Positions 1-13,800 are shown, counted from the first letter of the stretch. The stretch: DNA of 64,000 nt from Gammaproteobacteria bacterium (GCA_965221695.1 OZ244905.1:1088001-1152000); one strand, 5' to 3'. Notes: generated by a model not told the origin, from the sequence alone. Numbers and translations are program-made.

Positions 1-3000
1 ATCGCCGAGTTCTGCATGTAGGTCTGGTTGGCAATGGTGGCGCTGCCGAAGCTCGGCGCATTGTCCGCAGTAATCGTGATGGTGAACGTCAGCTCGGCCG
101 GGTCGCCATCGCTGTCGGTCGCCCTGTACGTGTAGGTGGTGGCGGCCTGCGTCCCCGTCGGCGTGCCGGTCAAGGTGCGGGCGCTGGCGTCAAACGTCAG
201 ACCGTCCGGCGCATCCGGCGCCAGCGTGTACGTCAGCGTGCCGTCGCCGCCGCTCGCCTGCGGCAGGTCAAGCCGGGTAATCGCCGAGTTCTGCATGTAG
301 GTCTGGTTGGCAATGGTGGCGCTGCCGAAGCTCGGCGCATTGTCCGCAGTAATCGTGATGGTGAACGTCAGCTCGGCCGGGTCGCCATCGCTGTCGGTCG
401 CCCTGTACGTGTAGGTGGTGGCGGCCTGCGTCCCCGTCGGCGTGCCGGTCAAGGTGCGGGCGCTGGCGTCAAACGTCAGACCGTCCGGCGCATCCGGCGC
501 CAGCGTGTACGTCAGCGTGCCGTCGCCGCCGCTCGCCTGCGGCAGGTCAAGCCGGGTAATCGCCGAGTTCTGCATGTAGGTCTGGTTGGCAATGGTGGCG
601 CTGCCGAAGCTCGGCGCATTGTCCGCAGTAATCGTGATGGTGAACGTCAGCTCGGCCGGGTCGCCATCGCTGTCGGTCGCCCTGTACGTGTAGGTGGTGG
701 CGGCCTGCGTCCCCGTCGGCGTGCCGGTCAAGGTGCGGGCGCTGGCGTCAAACGTCAGACCGTCCGGCGCATCCGGCGCCAGCGTGTACGTCAGCGTGCC
801 GTCGCCGCCGCTCGCCTGCGGCAGGTCAAGCCGGGTAATCGCCGAGTTCTGCATGTAGGTCTGGTTGGCAATGGTGGCGCTGCCGAAGCTCGGCGCATTG
901 TCCGCAGTAATCGTGATGGTGAACGTCAGCTCGGCCGGGTCGCCATCGCTGTCGGTCGCCCTGTACGTGTAGGTGGTGGCGGCCTGCGTCCCCGTCGGCG
1001 TGCCGGTCAAGGTGCGGGCGCTGGCGTCAAACGTCAGACCGTCCGGCGCATCCGGCGCCAGCGTGTACGTCAGCGTGCCGTCGCCGCCGCTCGCCTGCGG
1101 CAGGTCAAGCCGGGTAATCGCCGAGTTCTGCATGTAGGTCTGGTTGGCAATGGTGGCGCTGCCGAAGCTCGGCGCATTGTCCGCAGTAATCGTGATGGTG
1201 AACGTCAGCTCGGCCGGGTCGCCATCGCTGTCGGTCGCCCTGTACGTGTAGGTGGTGGCGGCCTGCGTCCCCGTCGGCGTGCCGGTCAAGGTGCGGGCGC
1301 TGGCGTCAAACGTCAGACCGTCCGGCGCATCCGGCGCCAGCGTGTACGTCAGCGTGCCGTCGCCGCCGCTCGCCTGCGGCAGGTCAAGCCGGGTAATCGC
1401 CGAGTTCTGCATGTAGGTCTGGTTGGCAATGGTGGCGCTGCCGAAGCTCGGCGCATTGTCCGCAGTAATCGTGATGGTGAACGTCAGCTCGGCCGGGTCG
1501 CCATCGCTGTCGGTCGCCCTGTACGTGTAGGTGGTGGCGGCCTGCGTCCCCGTCGGCGTGCCGGTCAAGGTGCGGGCGCTGGCGTCAAACGTCAGACCGT
1601 CCGGCGCATCCGGCGCCAGCGTGTACGTCAGCGTGCCGTCGCCGCCGCTCGCCTGCGGCAGGTCAAGCCGGGTAATCGCCGAGTTCTGCATGTAGGTCTG
1701 GTTGGCAATGGTGGCGCTGCCGAAGCTCGGCGCATTGTCCGCAGTAATCGTGATGGTGAACGTCAGCTCGGCCGGGTCGCCATCGCTGTCGGTCGCCCTG
1801 TACGTGTAGGTGGTGGCGGCCTGCGTCCCCGTCGGCGTGCCGGTCAAGGTGCGGGCGCTGGCGTCAAACGTCAGACCGTCCGGCGCATCCGGCGCCAGCG
1901 TGTACGTCAGCGTGCCGTCGCCGCCGCTCGCCTGCGGCAGGTCAAGCCGGGTAATCGCCGAGTTCTGCATGTAGGTCTGGTTGGCAATGGTGGCGCTGCC
2001 GAAGCTCGGCGCATTGTCCGCAGTAATCGTGATGGTGAACGTCAGCTCGGCCGGGTCGCCATCGCTGTCGGTCGCCCTGTACGTGTAGGTGGTGGCGGCC
2101 TGCGTCCCCGTCGGCGTGCCGGTCAAGGTGCGGGCGCTGGCGTCAAACGTCAGACCGTCCGGCGCATCCGGCGCCAGCGTGTACGTCAGCGTGCCGTCGC
2201 CGCCGCTCGCCTGCGGCAGGTCAAGCCGGGTAATCGCCGAGTTCTGCATGTAGGTCTGGTTGGCAATGGTGGCGCTGCCGAAGCTCGGCGCATTGTCCGC
2301 AGTAATCGTGATGGTGAACGTCAGCTCGGCCGGGTCGCCATCGCTGTCGGTCGCCCTGTACGTGTAGGTGGTGGCGGCCTGCGTCCCCGTCGGCGTGCCG
2401 GTCAAGGTGCGGGCGCTGGCGTCAAACGTCAGACCGTCCGGCGCATCCGGCGCCAGCGTGTACGTCAGCGTGCCGTCGCCGCCGCTCGCCTGCGGCAGGT
2501 CAAGCCGGGTAATCGCCGAGTTCTGCATGTAGGTCTGGTTGGCAATGGTGGCGCTGCCGAAGCTCGGCGCATTGTCCGCAGTAATCGTGATGGTGAACGT
2601 CAGCTCGGCCGGGTCGCCATCGCTGTCGGTCGCCCTGTACGTGTAGGTGGTGGCGGCCTGCGTCCCCGTCGGCGTGCCGGTCAAGGTGCGGGCGCTGGCG
2701 TCAAACGTCAGACCGTCCGGCGCATCCGGCGCCAGCGTGTACGTCAGCGTGCCGTCGCCGCCGCTCGCCTGCGGCAGGTCAAGCCGGGTAATCGCCGAGT
2801 TCTGCATGTAGGTCTGGTTGGCAATGGTGGCGCTGCCGAAGCTCGGCGCATTGTCCGCAGTAATCGTGATGGTGAACGTCAGCTCGGCCGGGTCGCCATC
2901 GCTGTCGGTCGCCCTGTACGTGTAGGTGGTGGCGGCCTGCGTCCCCGTCGGCGTGCCGGTCAAGGTGCGGGCGCTGGCGTCAAACGTCAGACCGTCCGGC

Positions 3001-4800
3001 GCATCCGGCGCCAGCGTGTACGTCAGCGTGCCGTCGCCGCCGCTCGCCTGCGGCAGGTCAAGCCGGGTAATCGCCGAGTTCTGCATGTAGGTCTGGTTGG
3101 CAATGGTGGCGCTGCCGAAGCTCGGCGCATTGTCCGCAGTAATCGTGATGGTGAACGTCAGCTCGGCCGGGTCGCCATCGCTGTCGGTCGCCCTGTACGT
3201 GTAGGTGGTGGCGGCCTGCGTCCCCGTCGGCGTGCCGGTCAAGGTGCGGGCGCTGGCGTCAAACGTCAGACCGTCCGGCGCATCCGGCGCCAGCGTGTAC
3301 GTCAGCGTGCCGTCGCCGCCGCTCGCCTGCGGCAGGTCAAGCCGGGTAATCGCCGAGTTCTGCATGTAGGTCTGGTTGGCAATGGTGGCGCTGCCGAAGC
3401 TCGGCGCATTGTCCGCAGTAATCGTGATGGTGAACGTCAGCTCGGCCGGGTCGCCATCGCTGTCGGTCGCCCTGTACGTGTAGGTGGTGGCGGCCTGCGT
3501 CCCCGTCGGCGTGCCGGTCAAGGTGCGGGCGCTGGCGTCAAACGTCAGACCGTCCGGCGCATCCGGCGCCAGCGTGTACGTCAGCGTGCCGTCGCCGCCG
3601 CTCGCCTGCGGCAGGTCAAGCCGGGTAATCGCCGAGTTCTGCATGTAGGTCTGGTTGGCAATGGTGGCGCTGCCGAAGCTCGGCGCATTGTCCGCAGTAA
3701 TCGTGATGGTGAACGTCAGCTCGGCCGGGTCGCCATCGCTGTCGGTCGCCCTGTACGTGTAGGTGGTGGCGGCCTGCGTCCCCGTCGGCGTGCCGGTCAA
3801 GGTGCGGGCGCTGGCGTCAAACGTCAGACCGTCCGGCGCATCCGGCGCCAGCGTGTACGTCAGCGTGCCGTCGCCGCCGCTCGCCTGCGGCAGGTCAAGC
3901 CGGGTAATCGCCGAGTTCTGCATGTAGGTCTGGTTGGCAATGGTGGCGCTGCCGAAGCTCGGCGCATTGTCCGCAGTAATCGTGATGGTGAACGTCAGCT
4001 CGGCCGGGTCGCCATCGCTGTCGGTCGCCCTGTACGTGTAGGTGGTGGCGGCCTGCGTCCCCGTCGGCGTGCCGGTCAAGGTGCGGGCGCTGGCGTCAAA
4101 CGTCAGACCGTCCGGCGCATCCGGCGCCAGCGTGTACGTCAGCGTGCCGTCGCCGCCGCTCGCCTGCGGCAGGTCAAGCCGGGTAATCGCCGAGTTCTGC
4201 ATGTAGGTCTGGTTGGCAATGGTGGCGCTGCCGAAGCTCGGCGCATTGTCCGCAGTAATCGTGATGGTGAACGTCAGCTCGGCCGGGTCGCCATCGCTGT
4301 CGGTCGCCCTGTACGTGTAGGTGGTGGCGGCCTGCGTCCCCGTCGGCGTGCCGGTCAAGGTGCGGGCGCTGGCGTCAAACGTCAGACCGTCCGGCGCATC
4401 CGGCGCCAGCGTGTACGTCAGCGTGCCGTCGCCGCCGCTCGCCTGCGGCAGGTCAAGCCGGGTAATCGCCGAGTTCTGCATGTAGGTCTGGTTGGCAATG
4501 GTGGCGCTGCCGAAGCTCGGCGCATTGTCCGCAGTAATCGTGATGGTGAACGTCAGCTCGGCCGGGTCGCCATCGCTGTCGGTCGCCCTGTACGTGTAGG
4601 TGGTGGCGGCCTGCGTCCCCGTCGGCGTGCCGGTCAAGGTGCGGGCGCTGGCGTCAAACGTCAGACCGTCCGGCGCATCCGGCGCCAGCGTGTACGTCAG
4701 CGTGCCGTCGCCGCCGCTCGCCTGCGGCAGGTCAAGCCGGGTAATCGCCGAGTTCTGCATGTAGGTCTGGTTGGCAATGGTGGCGCTGCCGAAGCTCGGC
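1..4800 (-). repeat. Coding tandem array, 279-bp unit, about 17.2 apparently identical copies; each encodes a 93-aa He_PIG (dystroglycan-type cadherin-like) domain
   Basis: ATCGCCGAGTTCTGCATG recurs at 1, 280, 559 ... 4744. Unit translates to PSFGSATIANQTYMQNSAITRLDLPQASGGDGTLTYTLAPDAPDGLTFDASARTLTGTPTGTQAATTYTYRATDSDGDPAELTFTITITADNA. Confidence 0.97.
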
Positions 4801-7800
4801 AGCTTATTCGATGTGACCGCGACCGTGGCCGTGAGGCCGGCGTAGTTGCCGGCGGCGGCGGTTAAGGTGAGGGTAGCATTGCCGTTAGATGATGGGCTGG
4901 CCGCCATATTCACCGTGACCGTCTGTGCGGTGTTGTAGTTCGTGGCGCTGAACGTCAGCGGCGTCGGGTTGACCGTGACATCGGTGTTGTTGCTGGTCAC
5001 GGTGACGGTGACCGCGGTGGTCGGGGCCGCGGCCAGGGTCACGTCAAAGGTGTTGCTACCGCCCTCGTCCACCTCCAGAGTGTCCGGTGTGACTTGAATG
5101 GCCGGGTCCGGTCTGGGTGTGGCGGCGACCGTCGCCGCCGTACTGCTGCCGGCGGTGTTGGTGGCGCGCACCGCAAACGTGTAGCCGGTGCCGTTGGTCA
5201 GGCCTGTCGCCGTATAGGTGGTGGCGGTGGGGGCCAGGTCCGTCCAGGTGTCGGTACCGCTAAACGGTAGGTCGGCGGTGGCCTTATAGCGGACTTGTAT
5301 GTTGGTCAGCGTGCTGGCGTTGGTCGGGTTGGTCCAGGTCAGGGTGGCCTGGGTGTCGCCCGCTGTGGCAGTCAGGTTCGTCGGCGCGTTGGGGACGGCC
5401 AAAGCCGGCGTGGCGGTGGCGGTGTTGGAGGCATCGCTGTTGCCGCCATTATTCACCGCGCGAATCTCGAACGCGTATTGGGTGGTGTTGGTCAGGCCCG
5501 TGACCTTATGGCTCGTGGTCGTGGCGCCGCTGCCGGTAATGTCCTCCCAGGTGGCGGTGGCGGGCACGGTGGACCCGGCGCCGTAGCGCACCTGGTACTT
5601 GGTGATGCTGGAATCGTTCGGGTTGGCCCAACTCAGGGTGGCTTCGGTGTCACCGGCGGTGGCAGACAGGTTAGTCGGCGCGGCGGGCACCGGCGGCGGT
5701 GTTGCCTTGAAAATAATCTTCTGATTGCCAATGGCGTGCTCAATGTGGAAGTCGTTGTCGCCCACGGTGTTGAGCACGGTGCCAGTGAACGTCACTTCGT
5801 CACCTGTCGGGTCGTAGATGTCCCCGGTGAGATTGGCTTTGTCTACGAACAGTAACTTTCTGTAAGTGTTGAACCGGAGACTGAATTCGTAGTTGTAGTT
5901 GCTCAGGTTGATAATTTCTTGGTTACCCGAGTACGAATTCAAACCAGTAGTTACGATATTTGGGAGCGAGTTATAACGGCTTATCGGTGTGGTATTGTCA
6001 GATGGCGTTGCAAAAATCTGCCATTTCTCAAATTCCTGATTAAATAGGACATATCCCACAGACGTCACTAGCGTCGGCACCGTATCTCCCGCAGGACTGA
6101 AACCCGAAACATCCAAACTACCCGAGGCGGCAATAGTCACAGTGCTGCCATCATCGGAGAACGTGAACGTCAGCGTGCGTGCCGGAGTCGGGGGCTGCAT
6201 CACCGTGATGTCGAACTTCAGCTCGGCCGTATCCCCGTCCGCATCGGTGGCGGTGTAGGTGTATTCGGTGGCCGCCTGCGGCGCGGTCGGCGTGCCGGTT
6301 AAGGTGCGGGCGGTCGCATTGAAGGTCAGACCCGCCGGCGGGGTCGGTGTTAACGTGTACGCCAGTGTGCCGTCACCGCCGGTCGCTTGCGGCAGGTTCA
6401 GCGTGGTAATCGCCGTACCCTGCGGGTAGGTCTGGTCGGCAATGGTCTGCGTGCCGAAGCTCGGCAGCGCATTCGCGGTGACCGCGACCGTGGCCGTGAG
6501 GCCGGCGTAGTTGCCGCCGGTAGCGGCTAAGGTGAGGGTGGCGTTGCCGTTAGGTAACGGATTGGCCGCCATGGTCACCGTGACCGTCTGTGCGGTGTTG
6601 TAGTTGGTGGCGCTGAACGTCAGCGACGTCGGGTTGACCGTCACATTGGTGTTGTTGCTGGCCACGGTGATGGCGACCGCGGCGGTCGGGGCCGCGACCA
6701 GGGTCACATCAAAGGTGTTGCTGCCGCCCTCATCGACCACCAGGGTGTCCGGTGCGACGGTAATGGCCGGGTCCGGCCTGGGGGTGGCGGTGACCGTGTC
6801 CGAGTCCGGGCCGTTGGCGGTACCGACCACGGCGCGTATCTGGAACGCATAGGTCGTGCCGTTGGTCAGGTTGTCAACAGTGTGGGTCGTGGTCGCGGCC
6901 GTGCTGTTGGCAATGTCGTTCCAGGCGGTGGTGGCCGGTATGGTGGCGCCCTGGGCCTGGCGCACCTGGTACTTGGTGATGGTACTGTCATTCGGGTTGG
7001 TCCAGGTCAGCGTGACCTCGGTGTCGCCGGGCGCCGCGGTCAGGTTGGCCGGTTTGGCCGGGGCCTCGTCCACATTGGTAATGGTGATGGCCACGTTCAC
7101 CGTGTCGCTGTTGCCGTCATCGTCCGTCGCCGTTAACGTGTACACATAAATGTTATTGGTGTCGTTGTCCGTCGGGACCTCAAAGTCCTTGGCGCCCAGG
7201 GTTACGGTGGCGCCGGTGTTGCTCTGGTTCGACAGGGTAAAGCCGTTGGCGTTGGCGTCGTCGCCGGTCAACGCCCAGGTGATGTTGCCCACCGGCGTGC
7301 CGGTCAAGGTCGCATTGCCGGTGTAGGCCGTATTCTCGGCCAAGTTGGCATCGGCCACACCGCCGAGGGTTAGCGTGGGCGTAATACGGATGTCGAACGT
7401 CAGCGTGGCCGTATCCCCGTCCGCATCGGTGGCGGTGTAGGTGTATTCGGTGGCCGCCTGCGGCGCGGTCGGCGTGCCGGTTAAGGTGCGGGCGGTCGCA
7501 TTGAAGGTCAGACCCGCCGGCGGGGTCGGCGTTAATGTGTACGCCAGTGTGCCGTCACCGCCGGTCGCTTGCGGCAGGTTCAGCGTGGTAATCGCCGTAC
7601 CCTGCGGGTAGGTCTGGTCGGCAATGGTGGCGCTGCCGAAGCTCGGCAGCGCATTCGCGGTGACCGCGACCGTGGCCGTGAGGCCGGCGTAGTTGCCGCC
7701 GGTAGCGGCTAAGGTGAGGGTGGCGGTGCCGTTAGGTGACGGGTTGGCCGCCATGGTCACCGTGACCGTCTGTGCGGTGTTGTAGTTGGTGGCGCTGAAC

Positions 7801-10800
7801 GTCAGCGACGTCGGGTTGACCGTCACATTGGTGTTGTTGCTGGCCACGGTGATGGCGACCGCGGCGGTCGGGGCCGCGACCAGGGTCACATCAAAGGTGT
7901 TGCTGCCGCCCTCATCGACCACCAGGGTGTCCGGTGCGACGGTAATGGCCGGGTCCGGTCTGGGGGTGGCGGTGACCGTGTCCGAGTCCGGGCCGTTGGC
8001 GGTACCGACCACGGCGCGTATCTGGAACGCATAGGTGGTGCCGTTGGTCAGGTTGTCAACAGTGTGGGTCGTGGTCGCGGCCGTGCTGTTGGCAATGTCG
8101 GCCCAGGCGGTGGTGGCCGGTATGGTGGCGCCCTGGGCCTGGCGCACCTGGTACTTGGTGATGGTACTGTCATTCGGGTTGGTCCAGGTCAGCGTGACCT
8201 CGGTGTCGCCGGGCGCCGCGGTCAGGTTGGCCGGTTTGGCCGGGGCCTCGTCCACATTGGTAATGGTGATGGCCACGTTCACCGTGTCGCTGTTGCCGTC
8301 ATCGTCCGTCGCCGTTAACGTGTACACATAAATGTTATTGGTGTCGTTGTCCGTCGGGACCTCAAAGTCCTTGGCCCCCAGGGTTACGGTGGCGCCGGTG
8401 TTGCTCTGGTTCGACAGGGTAAAGCCGCTCGCATTGGCGTCGTCGCCGGTCAACGCCCAGGTGATGTTGCCCACCGGCGTGCCGGTCAAGGTCGCATTGC
8501 CGGTGTAGGCCGTATTCTCGGCTTGGTTGGCATCGGCCACACCGCCGAGGGTTAGCGTGGGCGTAATACGGATGTCGAACGTCAGCGTGGCCGTATCCCC
8601 GTCCGCATCGGTGGCGGTGTAGGTGTATTCGGTGGCCGCCTGCGGCGCGGTCGGCGTGCCGGTTAAGGTGCGGGCGGTCGCATTGAAGGTCAGACCCGCC
8701 GGCGGGGTCGGCGTTAATGTGTACGCCAGTGTGCCGTCACCGCCGGTCGCTTGCGGCAGGTTCAGCGTGGTAATCGCCGTACCCTGCGGGTAGGTCTGGT
8801 CGGCAATGGTGGCGCTGCCGAAGCTCGGCAGCGCATTCGCGGTGACCGCGACCGTGGCCGTGAGGCCGGCGTAGTTGCCGCCGGTAGCGGCTAAGGTGAG
8901 GGTGGCGGTGCCGTTAGGTAACGGATTGGCCGCCATGGTCACCGTGACCGTCTGTGCGGTGTTGTAGTTGGTGGCGCTGAACGTCAGCGACGTCGGGTTG
9001 ACCGTCACATTGGTGTTGTTGCTGGCCACGGTGATGGCGACCGCGGCGGTCGGGGCCGCGACCAGGGTCACATCAAAGGTGTTGCTGCCGCCCTCATCGA
9101 CCACCAGGGTGTCCGGTGCGACGGTAATGGCCGGGTCCGGCCTGGGGGTGGCGGTGACCGTGTCCGAGTCCGGGCCGTTGGCGGTACCGACCACGGCGCG
9201 TATCTGGAACGCATAGGTCGTGCCGTTGGTCAGGTTGTCAACAGTGTGGGTCGTGGTCGCGGCCGTGCTGTTGGCAATGTCGTTCCAGGCGGTGGTGGCC
9301 GGTATGGTGGCGCCCTGGGCCTGGCGCACCTGGTACTTGGTGATGGTACTGTCATTCGGGTTGGTCCAGGTCAGCGTGACCTCGGTGTCGCCGGGCGCCG
9401 CGGTCAGGTTGGCCGGTTTGGCCGGGGCCTCGTCCACATTGGTAATGGTGATGGCCACGTTCACCGTGTCGCTGTTGCCGTCATCGTCCGTCGCCGTTAA
9501 CGTGTACACATAAATGTTATTGGTGTCGTTGTCCGTCGGGACCTCAAAGTCCTTGGCGCCCAGGGTTACGGTGGCGCCGGTGTTGCTCTGGTTCGACAGG
9601 GTAAAGCCGCTCGCATTGGCGTCGTCGCCGGTCAACGCCCAGGTGATGTTGCCCACCGGCGTGCCGGTCAAGGTCGCATTGCCGGTGTAGGCCGTATTCT
9701 CGGCTTGGTTGGCATCGGCCACACCGCCGAGGGTTAGCGTGGGCGTAATACGGATGTCGAACGTCAGCGTGGCCGTATCCCCGTCCGCATCGGTGGCGGT
9801 GTAGGTGTATTCGGTGGCCGCCTGCGGCGCGGTCGGCGTGCCGGTTAAGGTGCGGGCGGTCGCATTGAAGGTCAGACCCGCCGGCGGGGTCGGCGTTAAT
9901 GTGTACGCCAGTGTGCCGTCACCGCCGGTCGCTTGCGGCAGGTTCAGCGTGGTAATCGCCGTACCCTGCGGGTAGGTCTGGTCGGCAATGGTCTGGGCGC
10001 CGAAGCTCGGCAGCGCATTCGCGGTGACCGCGACCGTGGCCGTGAGGCCGGCGTAGTTGCCGCCGGTAGCGGCTAAGGTGAGGGTGGCGTTGCCGTTAGG
10101 TAACGGATTGGCCGCCATGGTCACCGTGACCGTCTGTGCGGTGTTGTAGTTGGTGGCGCTGAACGTCAGCGACGTCGGGTTGACCGTCACATTGGTGTTG
10201 TTGCTGGCCACGGTGATGGCGACCGCGGCGGTCGGGGCCGCGACCAGGGTCACATCAAAGGTGTTGCTGCCGCCCTCATCGACCACCAGGGTGTCCGGTG
10301 CGACGGTAATGGCCGGGTCCGGCCTGGGGGTGGCGGTGACCGTGTCCGAGTCCGGGCCGTTGGCGGTACCGACCACGGCGCGTATCTGGAACGCATAGGT
10401 CGTGCCGTTGGTCAGGTTGTCAACAGTGTGGGTCGTGGTCGCGGCCGTGCTGTTGGCAATGTCGTTCCAGGCGGTGGTGGCCGGTATGGTGGCGCCCTGG
10501 GCCTGGCGCACCTGGTACTTGGTGATGGTACTGTCATTCGGGTTGGTCCAGGTCAGCGTGACCTCGGTGTCGCCGGGCGCCGCGGTCAGGTTGGCCGGTT
10601 TGGCCGGGGCCTCGTCCACATTGGTAATGGTGATGGCCACGTTCACCGTGTCGCTGTTGCCGTCATCGTCCGTCGCCGTTAACGTGTACACATAAATGTT
10701 ATTGGTGTCGTTGTCCGTCGGGACCTCAAAGTCCTTGGCGCCCAGGGTTACGGTGGCGCCGGTGTTGCTCTGGTTCGACAGGGTAAAGCCGCTCGCATTG

Positions 10801-13800
10801 GCGTCGTCGCCGGTCAACGCCCAGGTGATGTTGCCCACCGGCGTGCCGGTCAAGGTCGCATTGCCGGTGTAGGCCGTATTCTCGGCTTGGTTGGCATCGG
10901 CCACACCGCCGAGGGTTAGCGTGGGCGTAATACGGATGTCGAACGTCAGCGTGGCCGTATCCCCGTCCGCATCGGTGGCGGTGTAGGTGTATTCGGTGGC
11001 CGCCTGCGGCGCGGTCGGCGTGCCGGTTAAGGTGCGGGCGGTCGCATTGAAGGTCAGACCCGCCGGCGGGGTCGGCGTTAATGTGTACGCCAGTGTGCCG
11101 TCACCGCCGGTCGCTTGCGGCAGGTTCAGCGTGGTAATCGCCGTACCCTGCGGGTAGGTCTGGTCGGCAATGGTCTGCGTGCCGAAGCTCGGCAGCGCAT
11201 TCGCGGTGACCGCGACCGTGGCCGTGAGGCCGGCGTAGTTGCCGCCGGTAGCGGCTAAGGTGAGGGTGGCGTTGCCGTTAGGTAACGGATTGGCCGCCAT
11301 GGTCACCGTGACCGTCTGTGCGGTGTTGTAGTTGGTGGCGCTGAACGTCAGCGACGTCGGGTTGACCGTCACATTGGTGTTGTTGCTGGCCACGGTGATG
11401 GCGACCGCGGCGGTCGGGGCCGCGACCAGGGTCACATCAAAGGTGTTGCTGCCGCCCTCATCGACCACCAGGGTGTCCGGTGCGACGGTAATGGCCGGGT
11501 CCGGCCTGGGGGTGGCGGTGACCGTGTCCGAGTCCGGGCCGTTGGCGGTACCGACCACGGCGCGTATCTGGAACGCATAGGTCGTGCCGTTGGTCAGGTT
11601 GTCAACAGTGTGGGTCGTGGTCGCGGCCGTGCTGTTGGCAATGTCGTTCCAGGCGGTGGTGGCCGGTATGGTGGCGCCCTGGGCCTGGCGCACCTGGTAC
11701 TTGGTGATGGTACTGTCATTCGGGTTGGTCCAGGTCAGCGTGACCTCGGTGTCGCCGGGCGCCGCGGTCAGGTTGGCCGGTTTGGCCGGGGCCTCGTCCA
11801 CATTGGTAATGGTGATGGCCACGTTCACCGTGTCGCTGTTGCCGTCATCGTCCGTCGCCGTTAACGTGTACACATAAATGTTATTGGTGTCGTTGTCCGT
11901 CGGGACCTCAAAGTCCTTGGCCCCCAGGGTTACGGTGGCGCCGGTGTTGCTCTGGTTCGACAGGGTAAAGCCGCTGGCGTTGGCGTCGTCGCCGGTCAAC
12001 GCCCAGGTGATGTTGCCCACCGGCGTGCCGGTCAAGGTCGCATTGCCGGTGTAGGCCGTATTCTCGGCTTGGTTGGCATCGGCCACACCGCCGAGGGTTA
12101 GCGTGGGCGTAATACGGATGTCGAACGTCAGCGTGGCCGTATCCCCGTCCGCATCGGTGGCGGTGTAGGTGTATTCGGTGGCCGCCTGCGGCGCGGTCGG
12201 CGTGCCGGTTAAGGTGCGGGCGGTCGCATTGAAGGTCAGACCCGCCGGCGGGGTCGGTGTTAACGTGTACGCCAGTGTGCCGTCACCGCCGGTCGCTTGC
12301 GGCAGGTTCAGCGTGGTAATCGCCGTACCCTGCGGGTAGGTCTGGTCGGCAATGGTCTGGGCGCCGAAGCTCGGCAGCGCATTCGCGGTGACCGCGACCG
12401 TGGCCGTGAGGCCGGCGTAGTTGCCGCCGGTAGCGGCTAAGGTGAGGGTGGCGTTGCCGTTAGGTAACGGATTGGCCGCCATGGTCACCGTGACCGTCTG
12501 TGCGGTGTTGTAGTTGGTGGCGCTGAACGTCAGCGACGTCGGGTTGACCGTCACATTGGTGTTGTTGCTGGCCACGGTGATGGCGACCGCGGCGGTCGGG
12601 GCCGCGACCAGGGTCACATCAAAGGTGTTGCTGCCGCCCTCATCGACCACCAGGGTGTCCGGTGCGACGGTAATGGCCGGGTCCGGCCTGGGGGTGGCCG
12701 TCACCGTGGCCGACGCATCACTGTTGCCGGTCGCATTGACTGCGCGAATCTCGAATGCGTATTGGGTGCCGTTGGTCAGGTTGTCAACGGTGTGGGTCGT
12801 GGTCGTGGCGCCGCTGCCGGTGATGTCCTCCCAGGTGGCGGTGGCGGGCACGGTTGGCCCGGCGCCGTAGCGCACCTGGTACTTGGTGATGGCGTTATTG
12901 CTCGGGTCGGTCCAGTTCAGCGTGACCTGCGTGTCGCCGGCTGTTGCGGTCAGACCCGTGGGCGCAGCCGGCGGCGCATCGTCGTCGGTCAGCGTCAAGG
13001 TCAGTGAGGCCGGTCCGGTGACCCCCCGGGGGTTGGCCGCGGTCGCCGAGACCGTCAGGTCCTTGTCTGCGGTGTCTTCGGTGTTGTCCACACCGGTCAC
13101 CGTGACCGTGCCGGTACTCGTGGTGTCGCCCTGGGCAATCATCAGCGTCGGGGGGCTGCTCAGCGTGAAGTCGCCCGGCACGGCCGTCGAGCCGGTTGCC
13201 GGGGCCACCGCCACCGTCAGCGTGGTCGCGCCGGTCGACGGATAGTCAAGGCTTGCCGTCACCGTGGCCTGGCCACCGTTCTCGGAAATGGCCGTGGCCG
13301 AGAGCGCCAGTGTGACCGTCGGCTGCGTCGGGGTCGCAGTGACCGTGGCGGCGGCGCCGTCGCCGCTGGCGTTCACTGCGCGCAGCTCAAATGCGTATTG
13401 GGTGCCGTTGGTCAGGTTGTCAACAGTGTGGCTGATGGTCGTGGCCGTGCTGCCGGCGATGTCGGTCCAGGCCGTATTGGCCGGCACTGAGGTACCTGCG
13501 GCATGGCGTACCTGGTATTTGCTGATGCTGGTGTTGCTCGGATCAGTCCAGGTCAACAGCGCCGCCCGGTCGCGGGCCGCGGCGGTCAGGCCCGTGGGCG
13601 CAGCCGGCTTGGCCAGCGGGGTGGCCGTCACCGTGTCTGAGGTGGCGCCGTCGCCCTGGGCGCTTACCGCGCGTACCTGGAACGCATAGGTCGTGCCGTT
13701 GGTCAGGTTGTCAACAGTGTGGCTCGTGGTCGCGGCGCCGCTGCCGGTGATGTCGTTCCAGGTCGCGGTCGTCGGATCGGCGGTGCCCTGCGCATAGCGC

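Noticed and set aside
1-4800. Tandem array as a CRISPR or non-coding satellite
   Set aside because: No spacers; the unit is 279 bp, a multiple of 3, and encodes an open He_PIG domain.
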